Positions 9,156 to 20,243 are shown, counted from the first letter of the stretch. The stretch is DNA of 64,000 nucleotides from Promethearchaeota archaeon (GCA_048941285.1 JBHLNS010000002.1:91030-155029); one strand, 5' to 3'. Numbers and translations are program-made. Notes: generated by a model not told the origin, from the sequence alone.

Positions 9156-10631
9156 TTGACCTCTGAGAAAAGTGTAATTATTAAACCCGACGCTTACTAT
9201 AAGATGCTCCTTCACGTTCTTCGGTTTGGTAATAAAGCAAGAGACCGTAGGCAATTTAGAGAATGTATGGGCATTCTCATAGGGCATTTAGAGGGTGAAC
9301 CAGATAAGAAAGGAATAAGGGACGTAATAATTGAGGAAGTCGTCCCGATTTCCCATGGCGGAGCAATAGAAGTCGCTTTTGCTCCAGAGGATTACGTTAC
9401 GTTTTCTATGGTTGATGCAAATTATGCAGAAAAAGGATGGTTTAGCTGTGGATGGTACCATAGCCACCCCGGTCTTGAAATATTTTTTTCTAGCACAGAT
9501 ATAAGAAACCAACTTGGTTGGCAAACTCCGAATCCGAGTGCAATTGGTATTGTTTTTGATCACACGTATTTGGAAAAACCTGGAGATCTTGGATTTCGCA
9601 CTTTTAGATTAGATAATCCTAATAAAGGTCAAATGTCAGGTTATCATGAGGTAAAATCGACAGTAGAGCCCCCCGATAGTATTGAATATTATCTAAAATT
9701 AATAGAATTGATAAATTATGTACATTCTCAAGAGCCACCTATATTAGAAATTAATGAAATGCCTGATATATTCGGAGATATAGCATTTCCAAGTGAAAGC
9801 CAAATTATGGCAAAAAAAGTGGGTTTAAACACAAATTTAATAATTGATACTCTTAAAAATGGTATATCAGAATTTTTTGAAATATCTCTCAGACCTTTAA
9901 TTACTATACTTAACTCTTGGAGTGGGAATATGACAAGATCTATAGTAGAGAATAATCTGCAAATGAGAAAAGATCTTATTAAAATAAAGGATGTTCTCAG
10001 TGAGGGAATTTCAAGTTTACAAAAGGATTTTAAATTTTCATTAAGAGAAAAATTAAATGAACTTGATATGTATATTGATGATAAATTTGAAGAATTTGAT
10101 TCAAATCAAGAATTTTTCAAAACAACCTTTAATCAAATTATAATAGAAATCAACCAACAATTTGATATTTTATTTGAACAAGAATTAAAAAGCAGTATAA
10201 ATAAAATACTAGATTCCATTAATAATTACGCCAATAAATTGGGAGAAATTAATAGCAAAACGTTAGAAACTTCTGAAAACTTACATTCAATTATGGAACT
10301 AGTTGAAAATTTAACAAAAGGCATTAATTTGATGGAAAATTCGTCTTGGGATGTTTTAGAAAGGAAGATTGGACAATTATCTGAATTATATACAAAAAAT
10401 TCTAACAGGCTTATAGGTAATTTTATTAATCTCAGTAAAGACTCAAAAAGTTTTCTTTCAGATTTAAAAGCAGCCATAATATTATTAGAAAGCTCAAAAA
10501 CCCCAATACAAAATAAAATTGATACACTTGAAATTGAAAATAAGACACTTCAAAAAAGTTTAGCAGAATTAAAAAAACAAAATGAGGAATTATCAGGTAA
10601 GATTAAAAACTATGAAAAGGGAGGAGAATAG
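9156..10631 (+). CDS. MPN+/JAMM metalloprotease with long coiled coil
   Basis: RECMG ... GWYHSHPGLEIFFSSTD intact JAMM motif; about 280-aa helical tail. Confidence 0.9.
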   Translation: MTSEKSVIIKPDAYYKMLLHVLRFGNKARDRRQFRECMGILIGHLEGEPDKKGIRDVIIEEVVPISHGGAIEVAFAPEDYVTFSMVDANYAEKGWFSCGWYHSHPGLEIFFSSTDIRNQLGWQTPNPSAIGIVFDHTYLEKPGDLGFRTFRLDNPNKGQMSGYHEVKSTVEPPDSIEYYLKLIELINYVHSQEPPILEINEMPDIFGDIAFPSESQIMAKKVGLNTNLIIDTLKNGISEFFEISLRPLITILNSWSGNMTRSIVENNLQMRKDLIKIKDVLSEGISSLQKDFKFSLREKLNELDMYIDDKFEEFDSNQEFFKTTFNQIIIEINQQFDILFEQELKSSINKILDSINNYANKLGEINSKTLETSENLHSIMELVENLTKGINLMENSSWDVLERKIGQLSELYTKNSNRLIGNFINLSKDSKSFLSDLKAAIILLESSKTPIQNKIDTLEIENKTLQKSLAELKKQNEELSGKIKNYEKGGE

Positions 10632-10636
10632 TTGAA

Positions 10637-12004
10637 ATGAATGAAAAGAACCCGAATAATAAATCTAGCAACGTAAACGTCTTTATAAAAAAAGAAGCTT
10701 TTAGGAATATGCTAACTCATGTTTTGCGTTTTGGGAGTGAAGTATTAGAAAATAGTGTTGAAGTAATGGGTATGTGTTTAGGGAAATTCGACTTAACAGA
10801 TAACAAAATAATTGTAGATAATGCCATTCCTATAATGCATGGTACACCAGTATCAATAGGATTTTCTAAAAAAGAAGTTGATTTAATCCAACAAATTGAG
10901 AATCAATATAAAAAAACAATTGTAGGTTGGTACCTTTCAAGACCAGGATGGGGACTGGATTTTACAGAAATCACGATTGCAAATCATCAATATTTCCAAA
11001 ATGAGAAATTTCCTCAAGGATTCTGTATAATTTTTGATCATACTTTAATCGGATTAGATGGTAATTTTGGTTTTGAAATCTTTCAATTGAATAATTATAC
11101 TAAAACAGAAAAATATACTAGTTTATCATGTGAAATTGAAATTCCCTCTACATTAGAGTATTTTAAGTGGATTCAGAAGTTTATGGAAGATTTTAATAAG
11201 AAAAACCCTATTCTAATTAAAGAAGTAAATGAAATTGTTGATCAGGTGCCGGGAGATCTTCAGGAGATTCCAAATACTGAAATAACAGAACAAATTGTGG
11301 AGGAATTAGGAAAACATACTGAGCTAACTTCCATTATTTCTGGATTTAAACAGGGTTCTGACAAATTTTCTCAGATTTTTATGGAAACTTTTCAGCATCA
11401 ATTAGGGGATTGGATTAACGATATTGAGCAAGGTAATACACGAGGTATAGAATATATTACTAAATCAGTTGATAAGATGAAGCAGGCAGTAGTAGCAGGA
11501 CTTTTAAAGGGAAGTGGATGGTTTAAGAAGACCTTAAATGAATCTTTATATGAATTTAAGAATTCTATATATAAATATGTGGAAAAAAGAATAGAGGAAC
11601 AACAGCAAATCACAGAAGAAATTTCAAATGGTAAAGAAAATCTCGTAAATAATCTAAAAAATCTCATTGGAGGAAAAATAGAGAATATAGATTCTGAAAT
11701 AGTAAATTTAACTACCTCTCTAGATCAAAAGTTTGACGAAACTTCCCAGATCAATATTAAAATGGAAGATCTAATAAAGAAATTGGAAAATAATTTACTC
11801 ACGATTAATAACCAGACAAATTTATTCACTCAAGAGATTGAAAAGAAAGTAGAATCATCATTAGAACCTTTACAGACTAATATTAATGAAAAAACAGAAA
11901 AACTGAGTGGAGAATTGGATCCTTTCAGGAATAACTACTCAGAAATACGGACTTTTCTCGATAAACTCCAAAAAATAATAACTGAATTTCGGAATTTAAC
12001 TTAA
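10637..12004 (+). CDS. MPN- (degenerate JAMM) protein with long coiled coil
   Basis: Paralog of 9156 (HVLRFG, EVMG, IIFDHT) but GWYLSRPGWGLDFTEIT lacks both His, the Ser and the Asp. Confidence 0.85.
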   Translation: MNEKNPNNKSSNVNVFIKKEAFRNMLTHVLRFGSEVLENSVEVMGMCLGKFDLTDNKIIVDNAIPIMHGTPVSIGFSKKEVDLIQQIENQYKKTIVGWYLSRPGWGLDFTEITIANHQYFQNEKFPQGFCIIFDHTLIGLDGNFGFEIFQLNNYTKTEKYTSLSCEIEIPSTLEYFKWIQKFMEDFNKKNPILIKEVNEIVDQVPGDLQEIPNTEITEQIVEELGKHTELTSIISGFKQGSDKFSQIFMETFQHQLGDWINDIEQGNTRGIEYITKSVDKMKQAVVAGLLKGSGWFKKTLNESLYEFKNSIYKYVEKRIEEQQQITEEISNGKENLVNNLKNLIGGKIENIDSEIVNLTTSLDQKFDETSQINIKMEDLIKKLENNLLTINNQTNLFTQEIEKKVESSLEPLQTNINEKTEKLSGELDPFRNNYSEIRTFLDKLQKIITEFRNLT

Positions 12005-12012
12005 AATTTAAT

Positions 12013-12291
12013 TTAAACAAATTCTAATTTAGAAACTTTAGAAATATGTAATTTATATTTAGGAATATTGGTATTTAATCTCTTTAATTCATTTAACTTG
12101 GCTATTTTACTTAGAATTCGCCCTATTTTATCAACCTTTATATCGACACCAAAAGATTCCTTCAAAACGCTATTAATTTTATAAGAAGAGAGGATTACAA
12201 CACTTGAGATATTTTTTTCACAGAGTAACTCAATTGCTCTCCTAACTAACTGAATAAGTGTTTCTCTGCTTTGGTTTTGATTTATATCCAT
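12013..12291 (-). CDS. Small basic protein, possible winged-helix
   Basis: 92-aa ORF; KIGRILSKIA helix followed by a YKL strand. Confidence 0.55.
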   Translation of the reverse strand: MDINQNQSRETLIQLVRRAIELLCEKNISSVVILSSYKINSVLKESFGVDIKVDKIGRILSKIAKLNELKRLNTNIPKYKLHISKVSKLEFV

Positions 12292-12677
12292 TTTTATAAT
12301 AAAGTAATGATATAACTATACTTAATTGTTATATTTGAAAGTTTTTAAAATTTACAATATAAAAATAAACTATCATTATTATTGTATCAGTCAATTTCAT
12401 TTATGTCTACAATTTGATAACCCTGTACTAAAAAAATTTTATCAATTAGTGCTTGAAATCGTTGATCAAATATCAACCTTTATGAATAAAAACTGTCGTT
12501 AAGTCTCCTTTCTTCTCTAAAATAGGAGATTTTGGAAAGGGAAGTATTTTTTCAGTTCTATATACTGGGCAAATCATTTTAATTTCAATAAGATCCATTA
12601 ATACACCCTCCCCTTTTATGAAATTTTAAATGTTCTCACATACAACATATAATTATAATAACTTTTTAATTTTAAAT

Positions 12678-15149
12678 ATGTCTGGTAAGCAATCGAATTC
12701 TAATTCTTCAAAAAAGTCAAATACATCTGAGCATAAAGCAGAAGCTAAAAGAAAAAAACAGCAATTTAAACCAGTAAAATTACGCAAGATTTCAAAACCG
12801 GGAAAATTAGGAGTAAGATATAAGCTTAAAGATTACATTACACAACAAAGGATAAAGATAGGAAATTTAAAATCTAGAGTTAAAACTCGATTTTATGATA
12901 AAATAATACATCAAGAAGTTTATATAGGCGGTAAGGAGCCAAAATCCTATTGTTATGAAAAGAAATTTTGGGGACTATATGGAATATTTATTTTTTATTC
13001 TCTAATCTTAATTATAGCAATTAATATTCCAGAAAGCACATGGATTCAATTTTTAATGTTTGGGAATCCGTTTGCTTTTTCAAATACAATTATAGCATTC
13101 CTACTAGTATTATCCTTCTTATTCAGTATAGATAAAGTGAGAATTTTTATTTTCGAGGAAAAATCTGCTCTTAAGCAGTTTATATTATATGTAACTCTTA
13201 TTGGCATATTGTACGTTCTTTTTCTATATATTGGTACGAGTATCAACTTTCTAACATATTTGCTTACATTGGCAATGATTTGGTTAATTTTGTTAAGTAG
13301 TCGGTTTTATATTTATTCGAGGAAGTTTGCAACGAAAATTGAAGCAAGGTTTATTAAAAAATATTCAATTCCTAGACGTTTTTTTGCCATGATAATTCCC
13401 TTTTTTATACTAGGAGTGCTTGTAGTAATATCATTGTTTTATCGGAGTTTTTTGGTATGGTTATCTTTAGATATTTTTGGAGCTGCTGATCCCAGTAATG
13501 CAGTGAAAGTGTATAATCTTCAAATGCGGCAGGTGATGCCCTTAATATACTTTAGTTTAGTAATGACACTAATGTTCATTATTTTCGAATTTGTTTTTTC
13601 AAGAAAACGAGCAGAAACTAAAAGAGCAGGTACCTTTGATAATTTTACTTTTTCATTAATAGTCTTTTTCATTTTTTTCTTTCAAATTCTGCAAATAAGT
13701 ATTTACATGATGCTTCAAGACTCTACTATTGATGCTTTTAAATCAACAATTGGAGCGACAGGCTCAGCTGTTTCCTATATTTTTATATTCGAGTTTATAA
13801 TTTCTATGTACTTCTTATATCGAATTGTACGGAAACTTGGTAGAAGTTTAGGATGGAGAATTTTTTTCTTTAAGAAAGATGGGTTGATATTATTAAGCTT
13901 AGCTTGCGTATTCGCTCAAACATTAACACGTTTTACTCTTTCTCCCGATGTTCAAATATCTAATCAGATAATATCTGATGTTGGTACATTTTTAATGGCT
14001 GATAAGTATATTATTTCTGTGTTAATGATTTTTTTCCTAGGTAGCACATTATTAATCTATTATCTCAAACCTCAAGAAACCTCAATGTTTATGAGATTAC
14101 AAAAAGAAACCGTAATGGAAGAAGAAAGAAGCATGGACCGGGTTTATAAAATAATAAGGGGAGAATACATTAGAAGAGGTGAAGCATACCCGATTGAAAT
14201 CATTGAAAGAGAATTAATCAAAGCAACTCAATTATCAAAAACCAATATATATGCAGTCTTGGAAGAATTAGCTAAAAAAGATATGGATATTCTTTTAACA
14301 GAAAAAAAAAATGAGTTTGGAAAACCTATTAAAATGATTGATTTTGTATCTGTAACTGAGCGTTTCGAAAAAAAAGGGCTTGCTCAACAAAAAGCTAGAA
14401 GATATTTAAGTGAAAGATTATATGAAACAGCAATAGAGAAGAAAAGTAGAACTAGCAGGTTAAGTACTGATAACGAAGTTGATGAGCCTTCAGATACTTT
14501 TATCTCATCACTTACCACTCATTATGAAAAGAAAGAAAGAGATAAGGAATTACGTCAAAAAAAATTAAGAAGCACACAAATTAGGTTCACAGAATTCGAC
14601 ATTTCTTTAAAAGATAAAATTAAAGAGATTATAAGAAAAGAATATATTTATCGAATTGAAAACCCAGAAAAAATAGAAGAAATATCCATTCCTATCTCTG
14701 AAATTTCTAGTCAAATTGAAAGAAGATTAAAAATTAATCCCGGTGAATTTTATCTTCTTTTAGAAGATTTAAGTAATAACGATATAGAATTATCATTAAT
14801 TGATAATCCTGAAGAACCTGAAGATAAAAAGATTTTATTCTTACCATTCCTAGATAAGGGTATGAGTTATTCCTTAGCTAATTTTAGACCTGAGGAATAT
14901 TCCAATTTTAGAATCTCTATTATTAAAAACTTTTTAAAAGCTCTTAAAACAAAGAAAGAAAAAAGAATACTCTATCAATTAAAGAAAGAGATCAATGAGC
15001 AAACCGAGACTCAAAAATCTTGGAATTACTTATTAAATACTTTATATAAATATTATCCACTATACACGGAACAAATTTTTCAAGTTCCAAATACACAAAA
15101 GCTATTAGACCAGTTAGAAAAATGGAAAAGGGTATTTAATGAGAATTAG
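12678..15149 (+). CDS. Polytopic membrane protein (about 10 TM) with large cytoplasmic C-terminus containing two putative winged-helix repeats
   Basis: Hydrophobic segments in the N-terminal 60%; repeats KIIRGEYIRR..PIEII and EIIRKEYIYR..PISEI; start placed at the MSGK ATG. Confidence 0.7.
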   Translation: MSGKQSNSNSSKKSNTSEHKAEAKRKKQQFKPVKLRKISKPGKLGVRYKLKDYITQQRIKIGNLKSRVKTRFYDKIIHQEVYIGGKEPKSYCYEKKFWGLYGIFIFYSLILIIAINIPESTWIQFLMFGNPFAFSNTIIAFLLVLSFLFSIDKVRIFIFEEKSALKQFILYVTLIGILYVLFLYIGTSINFLTYLLTLAMIWLILLSSRFYIYSRKFATKIEARFIKKYSIPRRFFAMIIPFFILGVLVVISLFYRSFLVWLSLDIFGAADPSNAVKVYNLQMRQVMPLIYFSLVMTLMFIIFEFVFSRKRAETKRAGTFDNFTFSLIVFFIFFFQILQISIYMMLQDSTIDAFKSTIGATGSAVSYIFIFEFIISMYFLYRIVRKLGRSLGWRIFFFKKDGLILLSLACVFAQTLTRFTLSPDVQISNQIISDVGTFLMADKYIISVLMIFFLGSTLLIYYLKPQETSMFMRLQKETVMEEERSMDRVYKIIRGEYIRRGEAYPIEIIERELIKATQLSKTNIYAVLEELAKKDMDILLTEKKNEFGKPIKMIDFVSVTERFEKKGLAQQKARRYLSERLYETAIEKKSRTSRLSTDNEVDEPSDTFISSLTTHYEKKERDKELRQKKLRSTQIRFTEFDISLKDKIKEIIRKEYIYRIENPEKIEEISIPISEISSQIERRLKINPGEFYLLLEDLSNNDIELSLIDNPEEPEDKKILFLPFLDKGMSYSLANFRPEEYSNFRISIIKNFLKALKTKKEKRILYQLKKEINEQTETQKSWNYLLNTLYKYYPLYTEQIFQVPNTQKLLDQLEKWKRVFNEN

Positions 15150-15299
15150 GAATTATTAAAAATCTTCAATACGTCTGAATTTTAATCTTATATAAAATAT
15201 TTAGAGCGTTTTTCTTATTATAAAATTCGATCATTAAGGATTAGATAATTTTAGAAAAGAAATTACTTTCATTTAATTAAAGAATTTTATGTTTTAAAT

Positions 15300-16649
15300 A
15301 TGACAAGATTGTCTACTATAAAACTCACAAAAACACCTCTAAAGGTATTTTCAGGTTTATCCTCTTTCCAAATAATCGCAATGTTTAGGAGGGGTCTTTT
15401 TTATACTTATTTATCTTTATATATGAGATATTTCTTGTTTTTATCGGTTTTTGAAACCACATTATATGCTACACTCCCAATGATAATGAGTATTGTTTTC
15501 CAAAATTTCGTGTGGGGGCCATTAAGTGATAAAATTCAACGTCGTAGGACATTAATAGTACTAGGGGAGATTTTAGCAGGAATAGGGACTTTAGTTGTTT
15601 GGGGTATTCATTTTCTATTAGTAAGTGCTGACACATTAGGTTATTCTATTAGTATTTTAGGAATTACTTATAGCAGTTTATATATTTCTGGATATGTTAT
15701 TATTATAGGGCTCAGTTTCGTAGAAATGTTTTGGTCAATGTCAAATATTGGTTGGAGTGCTTTAATTAGTGATTTGTATCCTTCGGAAAAAAGAAGTAAA
15801 ATAATGGGCCAATTAACTGGTCTTGGAGGATTGGGTCGTATTTTTGGAATATTTATTGGTGGAATTTTATATGATAATGGATATGGCTTTAGAAATGGAA
15901 TATTATTTATTGTAGCTTCTTCATTTATGTTTATATCTACAATTCCGATGCTAGTTTTAAGTCCTGAAGGAGGTATTTGCATTGAAAATAAGGAAGATGC
16001 TGGAATCTCAGAAATAAATTATAATAATAATCAAAAGAGTATCATACTTTTTGTTATATTTATAATTGCACTTGCGGCAATAAATTTTGGGAGAAATTCA
16101 ATTGCAATTCCTTATTCACAGTACCTTTATTTGAAAGATGGGTTTAATGTAGATACTATAACACTCAGTTTTATTACAAATTCCCGTTCGATAGCAACAT
16201 TAATAATTGGCTTTACAGCTGGAACCTTGAGTAATAAGTTTGGCCATTCAAGAACTTTAATTATAGGTACAACAATAGGGATTATTGCTTTAATAATTAC
16301 AGCAATGACCTCAAATTTATCTATTATTTTTGTAGGAAGCTTTTTGATTGGAGCTGCCGAGGTGCTAATTTATGCATCTTCATATGCCATTGCCTCATTT
16401 TTAATACCATCAAGAATGCGTGCTAAATTGTTTGCGGTATACAATGCTACATTCTTTCTATCATGGGGTATAGCTGGTACATTATTTTTAGCACCTATAA
16501 TAGATTTTTTAATTAGTGAAGGAACAAATAAAGTATTTGCTTATCAAATGGGATTCTATATAGCAGCAATTGTCTGTTTAATTGGACTTTTGATCTTTAT
16601 AGGTTTAGAAATATGGACAAAAATCCAAAAATCAAAAAGTGTAAAATAA
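15300..16649 (+). CDS. MFS transporter
   Basis: About 12 TM; motif A GPLSDKIQRR; GTLSNKFGH. Confidence 0.9.
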   Translation: MTRLSTIKLTKTPLKVFSGLSSFQIIAMFRRGLFYTYLSLYMRYFLFLSVFETTLYATLPMIMSIVFQNFVWGPLSDKIQRRRTLIVLGEILAGIGTLVVWGIHFLLVSADTLGYSISILGITYSSLYISGYVIIIGLSFVEMFWSMSNIGWSALISDLYPSEKRSKIMGQLTGLGGLGRIFGIFIGGILYDNGYGFRNGILFIVASSFMFISTIPMLVLSPEGGICIENKEDAGISEINYNNNQKSIILFVIFIIALAAINFGRNSIAIPYSQYLYLKDGFNVDTITLSFITNSRSIATLIIGFTAGTLSNKFGHSRTLIIGTTIGIIALIITAMTSNLSIIFVGSFLIGAAEVLIYASSYAIASFLIPSRMRAKLFAVYNATFFLSWGIAGTLFLAPIIDFLISEGTNKVFAYQMGFYIAAIVCLIGLLIFIGLEIWTKIQKSKSVK

Positions 16650-16659
16650 AAATTAAAAT

Positions 16660-16842
16660 TTAAAGATTAGTATCCCTACAACAATCTTCACATTTTAGCT
16701 CATCTAAGGGAAGATATCCACAATTTGGTCCCATGTTACACTCAAATCGGTTCTTTTCTTCATTATAAATCATATCTTCTGAACAACATTTAGGGATAGT
16801 ATCCATTACTTTACCGCATCCCGCACATTTGTATAAACCCAT
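16660..16842 (-). CDS. Small Cys-rich metal-binding protein (desulforedoxin-like)
   Basis: YKCAGCG..PKCC..CNMGPNCG..CEDCC; AAGTGA SD before the ATG at 16842. Confidence 0.75.
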   Translation of the reverse strand: MGLYKCAGCGKVMDTIPKCCSEDMIYNEEKNRFECNMGPNCGYLPLDELKCEDCCRDTNL

Positions 16843-16869
16843 TTTTAAATTCACTTTTGCAAAATATTA

Positions 16870-19767
16870 TTATTCAATTATTTCCATAGGTTTACCGTGA
16901 TGCTCTGGTAAGGGTTGAACTCCACAGGAGGCCCCCATCCAACAGACAAGTTCGTTTCCTTCTTTATGCATTGGTTTTCCACAATGCATTGGAAGTTCTT
17001 GTTCCATTCCACATTCTGAACATTTCAATTTTCCCATTTTTTTATCATCCTCTTTTTTTTGTATAATTTGATTTTCTTTTTCTTTTATCTTATTATTTGA
17101 AGAACTTTTCATTTGCATTAATTTTGGATCCATAGCATCATAATTCTTATATCTTTCAGGATCCGTTTTGAAGTGCGCTTCACAATTAGAACTACAAAAA
17201 TGATAAATAATATTTTTATATTCGTATTCAATAGCCCGTCTTGGGTCAATTTCCATACCACATACCGGATCTCTTACTTTTTTTTGAGAAAGTAATAATC
17301 TTTCTTCTTCAATTTGCTGCGGTGTTTTTGGTTCATATCTTTTCAAGAACAAAGCATTTGTAACTACTGAAACTGAACTTGTAGCCATAAAAACAGCTGC
17401 TAAGTAAGGGGGTAAAAATAATCCGGTTACAGCGTATAAAAGCCCAGCAGCGATTGGGATTCCAATAAGATTATAAATAAAAGCCCAGAATAGATTTGTT
17501 ATCATTTTTTTATAAGTTTTTTTAGATAAATTTATTGCAGATACAACATTTCTCACATCTCCTCTCATAAGGACAATGTCTGCAGTTTCAATAGCAACAT
17601 CAGTCCCAGAACCTATTGCAATTCCTACGTCAGCTTGAGCTAATGCTGGCGCATCGTTTATTCCATCACCTACCATTCCAACAATTTTATGGTCTCCAGA
17701 TTCTTGCAATTTTTGTATAGTCAAAGCTTTTTCATTTGGTAACACTTCTGCTAAAATGTGTTGATCATCTATTTTTAATTGTTTTCCAATAGTAAGTGCA
17801 GTTTGCTTATTATCACCTGTTAACATGAAAATATCTAATCCCATCTCTCGTAATTTATCTAAAGCATAAGGAGTCTGTTCTTTTATTTTATCAGAAATAC
17901 CTATTATTCCCCTGATTTCATTATCAATGGCTATTAAAACTGTTGTAATACCTTGTTTTTGATATTCATTAAATTTGATCTCATAATCTCCAATCTCTAT
18001 ATTTTGATCAAACATTAATTTATCGTTCCCTATCAAAACTGTTTTTCGCTTAATAATAGTTTTGATACCTTTACCTGGAATTGCATCAAATTCAGTGGGG
18101 GATTCAAGAGATAATCCTCTTTGATTTGCTTCCTCGATAATTGCTCTTCCAAGAGGGTGTTCAGAGCCCATTTCCGCACTACCTGCATAAATTAGTAATT
18201 CATTTTCATCATAGCCCGAATTGTTCATTTGTTGTTCAGTAAAAATTGCTGAAACTTTAGGTTTGCCTATAGTTAAAGTACCTGTTTTATCAAAGACGAT
18301 AGTATTAATAGTATTAATAGACTCCAGAGAATCACCTCCTTTTATAAGAAGCCCATTTTCTGCACCTTTTCCTGTACCAACCATTACAGCAGTTGGAATT
18401 GCTAATCCTAAAGCACAAGGACATGCTATGACTACTACAGATGTAAATACTAACAAGGATGTTTCAAGTCTAGCTGCTTGAAGTACTGGGAAAATCTGAG
18501 TTCCAATAAAGTACCAGTAAAGAAACGAGCTAATCGCAATGATAATCACTAATGGTACAAAATAATTACTTACTTTATCAGCTAACTGTTGCTTAGCCGC
18601 TTTCCGACTTTGAGCTTGCTTTACGAAATCTATTATTTGAAATAGTAATGTATCTTTACCTATTTTTTCAGTTTCCATATGAAACAATCCAGTTTGATTA
18701 ACTGTTGCTCCAATTACTTTACTATCAACTTCCTTCTTAACATATTTACTTTCTCCTGTTATCATTGCCTCATCTACTTTGGTTTTTCCTTTAATTACTC
18801 TTCCATCAACAGGAATTTTTTCACCAGGTCTTACTACCAATATATCTCCAACTTCAATTTCTTCGATTGGAATTTCTATTTCTTCACCATCTTTTAAGAT
18901 GGTTGCTGTTTTTGGTTGTAAACCTATTAACTTTTTTATGGCTTCAGATGTTTGACCTTTAGTTTTGTGTTCAAGATATTTTCCGACTAGTAGAAATGTA
19001 ATAATCATACTCATTGCTTCATAGAAGGTTTTCCCTGGAATAAAGAACGTAGTTAAAATAGAATAAATAAATGCTGTAGTAGTACCTAATGCAATTAAAA
19101 CATCCATATTTGTTGACTTATTTTTCAAAGATCGATAAGCTCCAATTAAGAAAAATGACCCTGAAATCAAATAATTAGCCGTTGCTAAAAAAAATAGAAT
19201 TAAATTCCTCTCAAAAGAATCTATTACAAACCAGCTTATAGGAGCAATAATTAATGAGAATATTAATGAAATAATCATTATTCGTAATCTGTATCTCATT
19301 TCTTTTTTATGTTTAATAATTTCCATATCCATTACTCCAGCAGATTTTTCAATATTATGCCCTAATTGCTTAATTTTTGAATAGAGCCCATTCTCATCAA
19401 TTAGCAATTCATTGAATTCAATAAACATCTTAGAAGCTTTATAATTACCTCTGATCTCATAAATTCCCTTAATGGTTTTTATTTTTGTAATGAAATCTTC
19501 AAATTCACTTTCCGAAAGCTCTTCTACAACTTTTATATCAATTTTTGCAAGTGATGCTTTATAGCCTAGATCTCGAATTGCTTCTTTAAATTTAGTAAAA
19601 TCGACTGTCTTTGGATTGTAGTCAACTGTTGCTTCTTCATTAGCAAAATTAACTACTGCTGTATTAACCCCCCCAAGACTATTTAATTTAGTTTCAATCT
19701 TTAATGCACAATTAGCACATGTCATTCCACCTAATTTTATATTCACCTTTTCTTTAGTTTCTGTCAC
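16870..19767 (-). CDS. copA: Cu(I)-translocating P1B ATPase with HMA, YHS/TRASH and an extra Cys/His C-terminal domain
   Basis: [38 protein letters not shown]; DPVCGM...FCSSNC. Confidence 0.95.
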   Translation of the reverse strand: MTETKEKVNIKLGGMTCANCALKIETKLNSLGGVNTAVVNFANEEATVDYNPKTVDFTKFKEAIRDLGYKASLAKIDIKVVEELSESEFEDFITKIKTIKGIYEIRGNYKASKMFIEFNELLIDENGLYSKIKQLGHNIEKSAGVMDMEIIKHKKEMRYRLRIMIISLIFSLIIAPISWFVIDSFERNLILFFLATANYLISGSFFLIGAYRSLKNKSTNMDVLIALGTTTAFIYSILTTFFIPGKTFYEAMSMIITFLLVGKYLEHKTKGQTSEAIKKLIGLQPKTATILKDGEEIEIPIEEIEVGDILVVRPGEKIPVDGRVIKGKTKVDEAMITGESKYVKKEVDSKVIGATVNQTGLFHMETEKIGKDTLLFQIIDFVKQAQSRKAAKQQLADKVSNYFVPLVIIIAISSFLYWYFIGTQIFPVLQAARLETSLLVFTSVVVIACPCALGLAIPTAVMVGTGKGAENGLLIKGGDSLESINTINTIVFDKTGTLTIGKPKVSAIFTEQQMNNSGYDENELLIYAGSAEMGSEHPLGRAIIEEANQRGLSLESPTEFDAIPGKGIKTIIKRKTVLIGNDKLMFDQNIEIGDYEIKFNEYQKQGITTVLIAIDNEIRGIIGISDKIKEQTPYALDKLREMGLDIFMLTGDNKQTALTIGKQLKIDDQHILAEVLPNEKALTIQKLQESGDHKIVGMVGDGINDAPALAQADVGIAIGSGTDVAIETADIVLMRGDVRNVVSAINLSKKTYKKMITNLFWAFIYNLIGIPIAAGLLYAVTGLFLPPYLAAVFMATSSVSVVTNALFLKRYEPKTPQQIEEERLLLSQKKVRDPVCGMEIDPRRAIEYEYKNIIYHFCSSNCEAHFKTDPERYKNYDAMDPKLMQMKSSSNNKIKEKENQIIQKKEDDKKMGKLKCSECGMEQELPMHCGKPMHKEGNELVCWMGASCGVQPLPEHHGKPMEIIE

Positions 19768-19832
19768 AATATTTCACCTTTTTCTAATATTTCTACTACC
19801 AAATTTATTAATTATACCTTTTGATTATAATT

Positions 19833-19849
19833 TGTAAATTAAATTTACA
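19833..19849. promoter_or_regulatory. Perfect palindrome upstream of copA, candidate operator
   Basis: TGTAAATT-A-AATTTACA, about 65 nt upstream of the copA start. Confidence 0.4.
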
Positions 19850-19905
19850 TCCTATTTTTAAGAAGGCTCTATTTGAATCGTCTAATTTATAAAAATTCAA
19901 ATATA

Positions 19906-20208
19906 TCATATTCTTTCCCCACAATAAGGACAAAATTTCACATCTTTGTCATATAATTTTTGACCACAATTATGGCAAAAATTAGCTTTTATTGATTCTT
20001 TAAAATCAGGAATATATGGATTTCCTCTATCATTATTAATTATGTTATCTTTTAATTGATTTCTAGATTTAGAAATGTTAATATAATGATTATAAAGGTA
20101 AGCAAACGCAATTATTAATAATAGTATAGCTCCTGCACATAAAATCATAAAAATCCAACTTTCAAATCCTATATCCATCATGTGGCTAAAATAATCATGA
20201 TAAATCAT
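19906..20208 (-). CDS. Single-TM protein with C-terminal double zinc ribbon and His/Met-rich N-terminus
   Basis: HDYFSHMM, one TM helix, FCHNCG...FCPYCG. Confidence 0.75.
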   Translation of the reverse strand: MIYHDYFSHMMDIGFESWIFMILCAGAILLLIIAFAYLYNHYINISKSRNQLKDNIINNDRGNPYIPDFKESIKANFCHNCGQKLYDKDVKFCPYCGERI

Positions 20209-20243
20209 TTATCCACCTTGTTTAAAATAAATTTAATTCTATG

